Shown here: positions 21,706-31,970 of the stretch, in pieces
How positions within the stretch are numbered: position 1 is the first letter of the stretch
How the letters are laid out: the number at the start of each line of letters is the position of its first letter
DNA from: Chiloscyllium plagiosum
Taxonomy: Eukaryota
Direction of reading: 5' to 3'
Length of the DNA stretch: 43,916 bases
Assembly: GCF_004010195.1 (NCBI RefSeq)
Contig: NC_057718.1
Coordinates: forward strand, 13,865,026-13,908,941
Program-made: the position numbers and the translations under genes
Notes under the pieces: generated by a model
Database searches by the model: none
Seen by the model: the letters and a program-made list of their open reading frames with translations, nothing else
Told to the model about the DNA's origin: nothing

Positions 21706-23323
21706 TAGTTCTAACACTTATTAAATAAATCCACAATCCACTGGTTCCAAGTAAATGGGAATGTGAAATATAAACAGATCAGTCATGATGATCTAGTTAA
21801 ATGGTGGAGAAAGCTTGAGAAGCCAATGGGACTGCATTTGTTCCTAGATTGTATGTTGGTAGTGACCTTGTTTTATAAGGAACCAGTGACTTTATGCCAG
21901 TTTTCCTTCGAGCTTTGAGAGAAACATTAATAACCTTTCCTTAAATATAAATGTCAATCATTGCAGAGGCAAGACATTATCGACCCTGCAGGATCCAATC
22001 GTGTCTTTTACAAACTGGTTTAAAATAGACAATAATGACATCAAATTATTCATGACCACTGGTGCAAAAAAATTGCCCAGTGAGATATGATAAATTATTA
22101 GTGAACACTGTTCTAAATGAAAAATAATGTTCACTTCAGAAATGCTCTGTTGTTTATTAAATGCTGTACAGACTCATTGACACTGCTGCTGCAGCGAATG
22201 TAATTTTCTGGATTTCTGTAACCATGGTGACAAGAGAGTACTACTGAAGAGATGCCTAAATCGTAGTTAACGTGACACACAATTCAGAAGCCTATGTCCA
22301 CAGTCGCAGTTATACTGTCCAGAGAGCATGAGACTGGTAGCTACAGAGCACGGTACACAGGCAAATAGACCACAATTATTCATGGGCTGGGATTCTCTGA
22401 TTTTACTCTCTCAAAATGGTATATCGTATAAAAGTTGAATTTTTTAAGACTATATTTTCAGGTTAAATTTATGGAGTTGACTATTGCATGGATACTACTT
22501 TTGAGAGGCTGAAATACATGCTACAGTCCAAGATACCATATCATTAGCAGAAGCCCAATTAATCTCCAAACAAATAAAGAAGAAAAAAACAGAATCAGTT
22601 ACGGTAATATGACTGTATTCTATGAGCACTACAGGGGAACTGAGCTCAGCTGAGCTGCACACCAAGGGAGGTTGGCACCTGACTCTGACCTGATGCGTCT
22701 TAAACGTTTGTGCCCAATTGGTGTGAATTGTACATCAAAGCACTTAATAGCACAAAAAAGAATTAATTTCCTCATTGTAACATTCATGGCCAGAATCATA
22801 CCTTGACTCACAAATGTTGTTCTGTTTTCTGTGAAGAAGTAAGGTTGACATTTACACAGGATATTTGGAAATTTACAGATATTTTGGCCAAAACTAAGAA
22901 GTCGTATTTTACATGAGATCGAGTTTTACTCATGTATATACGGTACTCAGCCTATAAGCATCACCCAGAATTCTACCTGTTTTCCGATCTGCTTTATTAT
23001 ACAGCCATCACCCCGGGGTCCATTGACCTAGCATGGCTCCTCAAACCCCACAAATGTAAGATTCCTCTCTCTGTGTTTAAATGGCTTCATGGTCCCTTCC
23101 TTCCCTAACGTTTCACTCTCCAAAAGCAAGTCTGACCCATGGTGCTGCAGCCTTCACCATGGGTAAGGCAGTATTAAGGCAGACTCCAAATCCAGACCAG
23201 CCAGTTGGAGATTGAATCCCATGCTATTGGCATCAATCTCAACCACACAGGTCATCCAGACAACCAGCCCACGGTACTGATCACCAAGCAGCTTGAATTA
23301 GCTATGGAACTTGTACTTTTCAT

Positions 23324-24211
23324 TGTGATATAAACTGTCTAATTTGTATAGTAAGTTTGAGTTTTGAACTTTGGATTAGTGATATATGGGTTTTCTGTGT
23401 TTCTGAAGTTAATTCATTTGTAAGTATTTCTGTAGCCATGGTGATTTCTTTTAAAAATAGTTTGTAAGATCTACTTTGACGGCACTAATGGGTTTTTATT
23501 TACTGTAGATTGTTTTACAACTTAGCAAGGTAAACCATTGTGCTTTGAGGTCTGTTACAAATGTCCAGATTTTGGGTTCTTTAAGCATGCAGCAACACAT
23601 ATGGCTTTCCTTTGTTTCAGAGCAGTTCAGTAAGGCCCTTTGATGGAGATGGTTATATAGAATAGTGGTCCTGAAAGGGAGAGAATATAGTCAAACTAGA
23701 TTGCTTTAGAGTAAGGAGTAAACGGTAGCCCTAAACCAGAAGTGTTGGGATAAAACCCTAAAGAGGTTATTTGAAGCTGAACACATTTAAGCTCAGATTT
23801 ATGATAGATCCAGGAAGAAGCTATCAACTTCCAGTCTACTCACCTTAACCTTACTAAGGTATGAGCAAAAGGTTTTTTCTCTAGAGTGAGAACTATACAA
23901 GGTGTGCTTCTGGGTACAATAAAGAGAATTTTTTTCTTAAAACTTCTAAAGGAGTGATTTGGAATTAATGAGTTTTTTTTACTGTGCATTTAAAACTCTT
24001 TAAAGTTATGTGAATATTTTATTTTATCTTTATTTAATTTGGTTAATAAACTTTGGTGATATCGTTTTAAAACATCCTGTACCATTGTGTGTTTCTGTCT
24101 CAGTGACAGATCTACTTATTAAAACCAAAGCAAGACAAAAAAGGTCTATCAAGCCAGGTTTCAGTCTGGGATCTGACGTATTTAATAATGACATTAGCTG
24201 GGATCACAACA
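23324..24211 (+). mobile_element. Possible solo LTR
   Basis: Begins TGTGATA, ends GGATCACAACA, with AATAAA about 165 bp before the end; no clean TSD. Confidence 0.35.
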
Positions 24212-25774
24212 CTATTCATGTTGTAATCATGGAGCTAATGGAAAGTGTTGATAGAGACTCCAAATGTCTTTTCTTTACATTCATTGACCAAGAGGTTCTC
24301 CATTCTCATCACCTGCCATTGGTGAACCAAAAGGATTTACAGGATGAGACTTGACCTTCTTGCCAACACTTAAAATACATCATCCTTGATCATCAAATCC
24401 TGGATTGGGACTTAAATACAGAGTGACTGGCTCAGAGGCAGAGACATTACCACTTCACCACTCAACCTACATCAGTGACTGCAGTTCAAAGAAATACTTA
24501 ACTGGCTGTAAGGTGCAGCAGATAATGTACTACATAAACACAAGTCTTTCTTTTTCTCTGACTGATAGCGTTCCTGAGAAGTGACTTGGATGGTTTTTCC
24601 ATGTTACATGTGCTGAAAGCTGATCTTGGAAGATTAGCTTTCAATGTTAGATGGTTGGGTTAGCTGGATTCATGGACCCCCTGCTGCAGATTAGAATCTG
24701 TTAAATACTCTGGGGGAACCGTGAGTGCTTTCTAACCCCATATCGACACTGTCCCCGAGGTTAAATTCTAAACCATCGAACCCAGAGTGAAGATATTCCC
24801 GGAAATTTTTGAGGGGGGTTGGTGGTTGGTGAAGAAGGAGGGGAGAGTTGGCAGATCGCACCCTGAAACAGAAAATGTTTCATAGCTAAATGAAAGTTAT
24901 ATGTGACTGTGCCTGAAACATTCACGTTGTGCAACAGCACTGGAGAGAGTATCATTGAAAAATAAATCTACCCAGCAGTGCGCTGACTTTGTGAAAAGTC
25001 TAAGCCACTGGAACATGAAAAATGTCCATGTGGAGAGAGTGAGTTACAGCAATTGCTTTGCAGCTTTGACAGGGACATAACTCAGTTATTAAGAATGACT
25101 TATTATCTTTGAACGCCAAGAGTATAACAACAGCAGGAGCATTGCAAGTGAGATTTATGATTAAAGGCAGATTGATTTGGAGCCCTTTTAAACATTACTG
25201 AGATACATCAATATACACCATTAATTTTTACTCCTGTTTCCTCTGTGAGCTACAACTGCCCAGGGGCCATTATGTTTGTACAATGGATTATGCAACTGTG
25301 ACCAGGCTATGTCATAATGCAAGTCAATTACCATTAGGCAATCCACTTCCTAAGGCAATAAGTTCATCTGTTTCTAGTTTTTACAAAATTATGATGGGAC
25401 CTCATAATATAATGTTTTCTTTATAGAAAAAGTAACCATCTTACAACTATATGACTGATGCCCCATCTAGCATCAATGATATCACCTCATATCATCAAAG
25501 ATCCACAATTATGCCCAGGCCTGTGAAGAGCCAGGCACTACTTGGATTGGTGCCTTGCGACGCCAATAGGAAACAGAGCAAACAATTACATTTCAAATTT
25601 TACCATTAAAGATGAAACAAATGTAAATAAAAACATGCAAATTAGGTGTAGGAGTTGGCCACTCAGCCCTCTCAAACCTGCTACCCCATTCAGTAAAATC
25701 GCAGCTGCTCTCATACTCCCATTCCCGCCTACAAGAGATAACCTGTCACTCACTTGTTTGTTGAGCATCTATGT

Positions 25775-27348
25775 AAAAGTGGGTACTGCAGATGCTGGAG
25801 ATCAGAGTCTAGGCTACAGTGGGGCTGGAAAAGCACAGCAGGTCAGGCAGCATCCGAGGAGCAGGAAAATCGACATCTCGGGCAAAAGCCCTTCATCAGG
25901 AATGAAGGCAGAAAGCCTCCGGGGTGGAGGGATAAATGGGGTTGGGATGGGAGGGGGGGGGGGGTGGTGCTGGGGAGAAGGTAGCCAAGAGTACAATAGG
26001 TGGATGGAGGTGGTGATGAAGGTGATATGTCAGAGGGGAGGGTGGAGCAGATAGGTGGGAAGGAAGATTGGCAGGTGGGACAGGTGATGAGGATGGTGCT
26101 GAGCTGGAAGGTTGGAACTGGGGTAAGATGGGGGGAGGGGAAATGAGAAAACTGGTGAAGTCCACATTGATGCCCTGGGGTTGAAGTGTTCCGAGGCGGA
26201 AGATGAGGCGTTCTTCCTCCAGGAGTCCGATGGTGAGGGAGTGGCAGTGGAGGAGGCCCAGGACCTGCATATCCTTGGCAGAGTGGGAGGGGGAGTTGAA
26301 ATGTTGGGCCACGGGGCAGTGGGGTTGATTGTTGCGGGTGTCCCAGAGATGTTCCCTAAAGCGCTTTGCGAGAAGGCATCCAGTCTCCCCAAAGTAAAGG
26401 AGACCGCATCGGGAACAACAGATACAATAAATTACATTGGTGGATGTGTAGGTGAAACTTTGATGGATGTGGAAGGCTCCTTTGGGTCCTTGGATGGAGG
26501 TGAGGGGGGAGGTGTGGGCACAGGTTTTGCAATTTCTGCGGTGACAGGGGAAGGTGCCAGGAGGGGAGGGTGGGTCTTTGCGGAAAGCGGAAAGAGGTGG
26601 GGAGGGAAATATATCCCTGGTGGTGGGGTCCGTTTGGATGTGGCGGAAATGTTGGCGTGGGACGTGGATGAGATGCGTTGGAGGGCATCTTTAACCATGT
26701 GGGAAGGGAAATTGCAGTCTTTAAAGAAGGAGGCCATCTGGTGTGTTCTGTGGTGGAACTAGTCCTCCTGGGAGCAGATGTGGCTGAGGCAGAGGAATTG
26801 GGAATACGGGATGGCATTTTTGCAGGAGGTAGGGTGGGAGGAGATGTAATCCAGGTAGATATGGGAATCGGTGGGTTTGTAAAAAATGTCAGTGTCAAGA
26901 TGGTCGTCATTGATGGAGATGGAGAGGTCCAGGAAGGGGAGGGAGGTGTCAGAGATGTTCCAGGTGAATTTATGGTCAAGGTGGAATGTATAGGTGAAGC
27001 TGATGAACTGCTCAACCTCCTCACGGGAGCACGAGGTGGCGCCGATGCAGTCATCAATGTAGTGGAGTAAGGTGAAGAGTGATGCTGGTGTAACGACGGA
27101 AGATGGACTGTTTTATGTAGTTGACAAAGAGACAGGCATAGCTGGGGCTCATGCGGATACCTCGTCTTCCTCGTCTGGAGGAAGTGGGAGAATTCGAAGG
27201 AGAAATTGTTAAGAGTGAGGACCAGTTCAGCCAAACGAATGAGAGTGTCAGTGGAAGGGTACTGTTGGGGACGTCGGGAGAGGAAGAAACGGAGGGCTTG
27301 AAGGCCCTGGTCATGGCGGATGGAGGTGTAGAGGGATTGGATGTGCAA
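25775..27348 (-). mobile_element. Penelope-like element (Neptune-type), 5'-truncated: RT, Cys linker, GIY-YIG endonuclease, terminal pseudo-LTR
   Basis: IQSLYTSI, LTLNNFSF, MSPSYACLF, YIDD (about 27050), PCHRRNCKTC, FTYTSTNVIYCICCSRCGLLYFGETG, AQHFN, GTLQPQGIN; 14-bp TSD ttgag[c/g]atctatgt. Confidence 0.92.
25872..25899 (-). ncRNA. Hammerhead motif in the Penelope pseudo-LTR (mutated GAAA>GAGA)
   Basis: CTGATGA A GGGC TTTT GCCC GAGA TGTC; core substitution, so probably inactive. Confidence 0.55.
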
Positions 27349-27584
27349 TTGAGGATCTATGTCTGCCTTAAGATTCAAGGACACTGCTTCTATTGTCTTT
27401 TGAGCAAGAGATTTCTAAAGAATCACAACCCCTGAAGAAAAAATTCTCCTGATCTTGATCTTAAATGAGTAACTCTATTTTCAAAACAGTAACCCCCAAT
27501 TCTTGATTCTCCCACAAGAAGGGGACCTATTATACAGACCTATCAATATCCCTCAGGATATTATGTTTCCAGAGCCATAATGTC

Positions 27585-27985
27585 TTGCCTCTGAATCAGA
27601 AGATGGTTGGTCCAAGTCTCAGTCCAGAATCTTGAGCTTAAAATCTGACATCAGGGTGCGGTACTGAGGGAGTGCTGAACTGTCAGGTCTTTCAGGTACA
27701 ATGTTAAACCACCTGCCCCTTCAGGTAGTTGAAAAATATCAATGCATCTAATTCAGAGAAGTGCAGGGAGCTCTTACTGATGTCCTGATCTTTCTTTATT
27801 GCTCAATAGTATCTAAGGAAATGGTTATTAACATGTTATTGCTTGTGAGATCATTCTGTGTGAAAATTAGCCACTTCACTTCCTAATGGTGATGACTCTT
27901 TGAAAATATTTCGTTGGTGGCAGTAAAGTGTTTTGGGATGTCCTGAGATTGCGAAAGGTGCTATATAAATGTAGGTGTTTGTTTT
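27585..27985 (+). mobile_element. SacSINE1/DeuSINE-like ancient SINE
   Basis: tRNA-like head, GTACTGAGGGAGTGCTG, TGTGAAAATTAGC, and tail GTAAAGTGTTTTGGGATGTCCTGAG...GAAAGGTGCTATATAAATG. Confidence 0.65.
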
Positions 27986-28019
27986 TATTTTGGAATGCTC
28001 AGACATCCTGTGACGGAAC

Positions 28020-28255
28020 AGGTCACATGACTCCCTTCATTCCTCTACTTTACCTTTAACTGACGACACAGCCCTGAAACATTGAACTTATTGCAAAAGT
28101 TCTGTATCTTACGAGCTTTTACTCCACAAACACCTGATGAAGGAGCAGGGCTCCGAAAGCTAGTGCTTCCAAATAAACCTGTTGGACTATAGCCTGGTAT
28201 TGTGTGATTTTTAACTTTGTACACTTTAGTCCAATACCGGCACCTACAAATCGTC
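28020..28255 (+). mobile_element. Penelope-derived repeat, same family as 16613-16817
   Basis: GCTTCCAAATAAACCTGTTGGACTATAGCCTGGTATTGTGTGATTTTTAACTTTGTACAC is shared with 16728-16786. Confidence 0.75.
28128..28168 (+). ncRNA. Minimal type I hammerhead ribozyme motif (intact core)
   Basis: AAACAC CTGATGA A GGAGC AGG GCTCC GAAA GCTA GTGCTT; stem I 5/6 pairs, 5-bp stem II. Confidence 0.72.
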
Positions 28256-28842
28256 ACACTTGTAACACTCCATTAAATCAGTCGCTATGAATCTGCACAC
28301 AGGCTAAAGCTGGTTGTGCATTGCCCAGGGGCACCATCTCCTGGTCACTCAATGTATTGTAACATTGACCAGATGCAACAATTAATGAGACACCTCTTTT
28401 TATAATTAATTCAGGAGATGTGGTGTCACTGGCTAGGTCAACAGCTGGTGTCCAGACCAAATTGCTTCTTGAACTGAGTTGCGCTGAACCATCTCAGAAG
28501 GAAATTGAGAGGAAGTTAACCTCACTGCTGTATTTATGACTAGACAAGATTTTCATTCTAGATTTATTTTAATTGGATTTGGCCATCTGGTGTGGTGAGA
28601 TTCAGAAGAAGAGTCATAGTCGACTCAAAATGTTAACTCTGTTTCTCTTTCCACTGACGATTCCAGTCCTGCTGAGTTTCTCCTGCATTTTCTGTGTTTG
28701 TTAACTGCCTCCCGAACCTCAGACAAAGATTCCTACTTCTAGGTTCTGCAGCTAGAGAAACAGCCTCTGAGCATCTCACTTGACAACCTCCCCTCATTGC
28801 TTCTTATTCTTCAATGAGATCACTTCTCATTATCCAACCCTG

Positions 28843-29089
28843 GCAGCACGGTGACTCAGTGGTTAGCACTGCTGTCTCACGGGTTCAATTCCAATCTCTG
28901 GCAACTGTCTGTGGGGAGTTTGCACATTGTCCCCGTGTCTGTGTGAGTTTCCTCTGGATGCTTTGGTTTCCTCCCACAGTCCAAAGATGTGCAGGTCAGG
29001 TGGATTGGGTGTGGGTAATGTAGGGTAGGGATGTGGGTCTTGGTGAGATGCTGTTTGGAGGGTTGGTGTCGACTTGATGGGCCAATTGG
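28843..29089 (+). mobile_element. HE1-like SINE; its tail is displaced to 30843-30895 by a Penelope insertion
   Basis: GCAGCACGGTGACTCAGTGGTTAG, GGTTCAATTCC, SINE body; tail ATAGGGATTCTATGAAATTCTATGA resumes after 30859. Confidence 0.85.
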
Positions 29090-29427
29090 GCGAAAGTGAG
29101 GACTGCAGATGCTGGAGACCAGAGTCAAGATTAGAGTGGTGCTGGAAAAGCACAGCAGGTTAGGCAGCATCCGAGGAGCAGGAAAATCGACATTTTGGGC
29201 AAAAGTCCTTCATCAGGAATGAGGCTGGGAGCCTCGGGAGTGGAAAGATAAATGGGAGGAGGGTGGGGCTGGGGGGAAGGTAGTTGAGAGTGCAGTAGGT
29301 GGATGAAGGTGCGGATAAAGGTGATAGGTTGGAGAGGAGAAAGTGAGGTCTGCAGATGCTGGAGATCAGAGCTGGAAATGTGTTGCTGGAAAAGCGCAGC
29401 AGGTCAGACAGCATCCAGGGAACAGGA

Positions 29428-29466
29428 GAATCGACGTTTCGGGCATAAGCCCTTCTTCAGGAATGA
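29428..29466 (-). ncRNA. Minimal hammerhead ribozyme motif (intact core) in a Penelope pseudo-LTR
   Basis: TCATTC CTGAAGA A GGGC TTAT GCCC GAAA CGTC GATT; CUGANGA and GAAA boxes with a GUC cleavage triplet. Confidence 0.72.
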
Positions 29467-30647
29467 GGAAAGTTGGTCCAGCAGGCTAAGATAAAAGGTG
29501 GGGAGGAGGGACTTGGGGGAGGGGCGTCGGAAATGTGATAGGTGGAAAGAGGTCAAGGTGAGGGTGATAGATCAGACTGGGGTGGGGGCGGAGAGGTCGG
29601 GAAGAAGATTGCAGGTTAGGAAGGCGGTGCTGAATTCGATGGATTTGACTGAGACAGGGTGGGGGGAGGGGAAATGAGGAAACTGGTGAAGTTCACATTG
29701 ATGCCATGGGGTTGAAGGGTCCTGAGGCAGAAGATGAGGCGTTCTTCCTCCAGGCGTCGGGTGGTAAGGGACTGGTGATGGAGGAGGCCCAGGATCTGCA
29801 TGTCCTTGGCAGAGTGGGAGGGTGAGTTGAAGTGTTCAGCCATGGGGCAGTGAGGTTGGTTGGTGTAGGTATCCTGGAGATATTCTCTGAAGTGCTCTGC
29901 GAATAGGCATCCAGTCTCCCCAATGTAGAGGAGACTGCATCGGGAGCAACGGATACAATAAATGACATTTGTGGAAGTGCAGGTAAAACTTTGATGGATG
30001 TGGAAGGCTCCTTTGGGGCCTTGGATGGAGGTGAGGGGGGAGGTGTGGGTGCAGGTTTTGCAATTTCTGTGGTGGCAGGGGAAGGTGCCTGGAAGGGACG
30101 GTGGGTTGTTAGAGGGCGTGGACCCCAAAAGAGCCTTCCACATTCATCAGAGTTTTATCTGCATTCCGCCAATGTCATTTACTGTATCTGTTTCTCCCGA
30201 TGCGGTCTCCTCCACTGTGGGGAGATCGGATGCCTACTCGCAGAGCACTTCAGAGAACATCTCCGGGACACCCGCACCAATCAACCCCACTGCCCCATGG
30301 CTGAACATTTCAACTCCCCCCTCCTTCCCACCCCAACTCTGCCAAGGACATGCAGGTCCTGGGCCTCCTCCATAGCTACTCCCTCACCACCCGACACCTG
30401 GAAGAAGAACGCTTCACCTTCCACCTCGGGACCCTTCAACCTCATGGCATCAATGTGGACTTCACCAGTTTCCCATTTCCCCTCCCCTACCTTACCCCAG
30501 TTCCAATCTTCCAGCTCAGCACCATCCTCATGACCTGTTCCACCTGTCAATCTTCCTTCCCACCTATCCGCTCCACTTTCCTCTCCAACCTATCACCATT
30601 ACCCCCACCTCCATCCACCTATTACACTCTCAGCCACCTTCCCCCAG

Positions 30648-30725
30648 NNNNNNNNNNNNNNNNNNNNNNNNNNNNNNNNNNNNNNNNNNNNNNNNNNNNN
30701 NNNNNNNNNNNNNNNNNNNNNNNNN
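30648..30725. other. Assembly gap (78 N)
   Basis: Run of N inside a C-rich stretch of the inverted Penelope arm. Confidence 1.
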
Positions 30726-30755
30726 CTCTCCACCCCCAGGCTCCCACCCTCATTC

Positions 30756-30783
30756 CTGATGAAGGGCTTTTGCCTGAAATGTC
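30756..30783 (+). ncRNA. Hammerhead motif in the inverted pseudo-LTR (CpG-decayed)
   Basis: CTGATGA A GGGC TTTT GCCT GAAA TGTC. Confidence 0.55.
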
Positions 30784-30899
30784 AATTTTCCTGCTCCTTG
30801 GATGCCGCCTAACCTGCGGTGCTTTTCCAGCACCACACTAATCTTGATGGGCCAAATGGCCTAATTCATTATAGGGATTCTATGAAATTCTATGACATT

Positions 30900-31450
30900 C
30901 TGTCCATCACACATTAAGAAGTGGGATATTTGCCAATGATTGCATAATTTTTCGCACCATTCATGACTTCTCAGATACTGATGCAGTCCATGTTCAAATA
31001 CAATAATATCCAGGTTTGGGCTGACAAGTGGCAAATAATATTCATGCCACAAAAATGCTAAGTAATGACCATCTCCAATAAGGGATAAACCAACCACTGC
31101 CCCTTCACATTCAATGGTGTTACCATCACCGAATTTCCTATTTTCAACATTCTGGGGGTTACCGTTGACCAGAAACTCAATAGGGCTTTCCATATAAATA
31201 CCAATGGTTACAAGAGCAGGTCAGAGGTTAGGAATACTGCAGTAAATAACTCACCTCTTGATGCCTCAAATCCTGTTCATCATCGATAAGGCACAAGTCG
31301 GGAGTGTGATGGTGTACTTCCCACCTGCCTGGTTGGGTGCAGCTCCAACAACACCTAAGAAGCTTGACACCATCCACGACAAAGCAGTCGCTTGATTGGC
31401 ACCACATCCATAAGCATCCACTCCCTCCTCCACCGACACTCAGGAGTAAC
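30900..31450 (+). mobile_element. Older CR1/L2-group LINE, RT C-terminal fragment
   Basis: VGIFANDC (degenerate FADD), WADKWQIIFMPQKC, ILGVTVDQKL, KAQVGSVMVYFPPAW. Confidence 0.75.
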
Positions 31451-31619
31451 AATGCCTTTCCCGTGTGCATAAGATCAAATAACCTTATTTGTCTCAGCTG
31501 AAGTTGGGTGGGTGGTGGGGGGGGGGGTGCTGCTGTAAGCTTTCTTCTGTCTTTGTTACTTCTAGATGTGACTAATGTACTAAGGCTGGTCTCCCTTCCA
31601 GAAATAATCAAGTCCCCAT

Positions 31620-31970
31620 GTTTTAACTCAAACCAAGTCCTGCCAACCCACCACGCTCACTGACCTATCCTGACTTCTGGTCTAGCAACACCTTGACTTT
31701 AAAACTCTCATCTTTGTTTTTGAATCTCTTCATGGTGTGACCCCTGCCTATATCTGCAACAACCCCCCGCTGCACTTCAAGATATCGGTGTCATTCTAAC
31801 TTTGGTCTTCAGCTTCCCCGGATGTTAATGTGTCCATCATTGGTGGCTGCGCAGCCTGGGCCCCATGTTCTCGAATCCCCTGCAACATTCTACTTCACTT
31901 TCGTTTTCCTTGAAGTCACCCTTGAAAAGTTGCCTCTTTGAGAAAACTTTCCGCCACCTCCTAATAAATT
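31620..31970 (+). mobile_element. L2 LINE 3' fragment
   Basis: LTDLS*LLV*QHLDFKTLIFVFESLHGVTPAYI, a degenerate form of the L2 motif LxxLHWLPV..RIDFK..L.FK.LHG.AP.YL. Confidence 0.65.

Larger units (their letters stand above)
25630..27560 (-). mobile_element. Old CR1 3' fragment split by a Penelope-like insertion (host parts 25630-25774 and 27349-27560)
   Basis: CR1 3'UTR-like taggagttggccactcagcccctcaaacctgct, with continuation cacaacccctgaagaaaaaattctcctg similar to 3270-3310. Confidence 0.65.
29090..30842. mobile_element. Composite inverted Penelope-like insertion (two pseudo-LTRs and GIY-YIG on -, inverted GIY-YIG and pseudo-LTR on +)
   Basis: ORF 29616..30143 (-) PCHHRNCKTC..FTC..NVIYCIRCSRCSLLYIGETG; ORF 29991..30533 (+) NVIYCICFSRCGLLHCGEIG; 17-bp TSD cttgatgggccaa[t/a]tgg. 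Confidence 0.9.

Noticed and set aside
22218..22231. RFX X-box-like palindrome gtaaccatggtgac
   Set aside because: It has two mismatches to the consensus, no promoter context, and is expected by chance in 44 kb.
26356..27384. 342-aa ORF as an intact protein gene
   Set aside because: Only the first ~70 aa are Penelope RT. The rest is an off-frame Pro/Ser-rich reading of the C-rich element strand after a frameshift.
28009..28258. MITE with TIRs tgtgacg...cgtcaca
   Set aside because: The match is only 7 bp with no TSD, and the interior matches the hammerhead-bearing Penelope-derived family at 16700-16817.
30648..30725. Hidden sequence in the 78-N gap
   Set aside because: Comparison with the opposite arm (about 29245-29275) suggests only a few tens of C-rich bases are missing, with no sign of an additional element.
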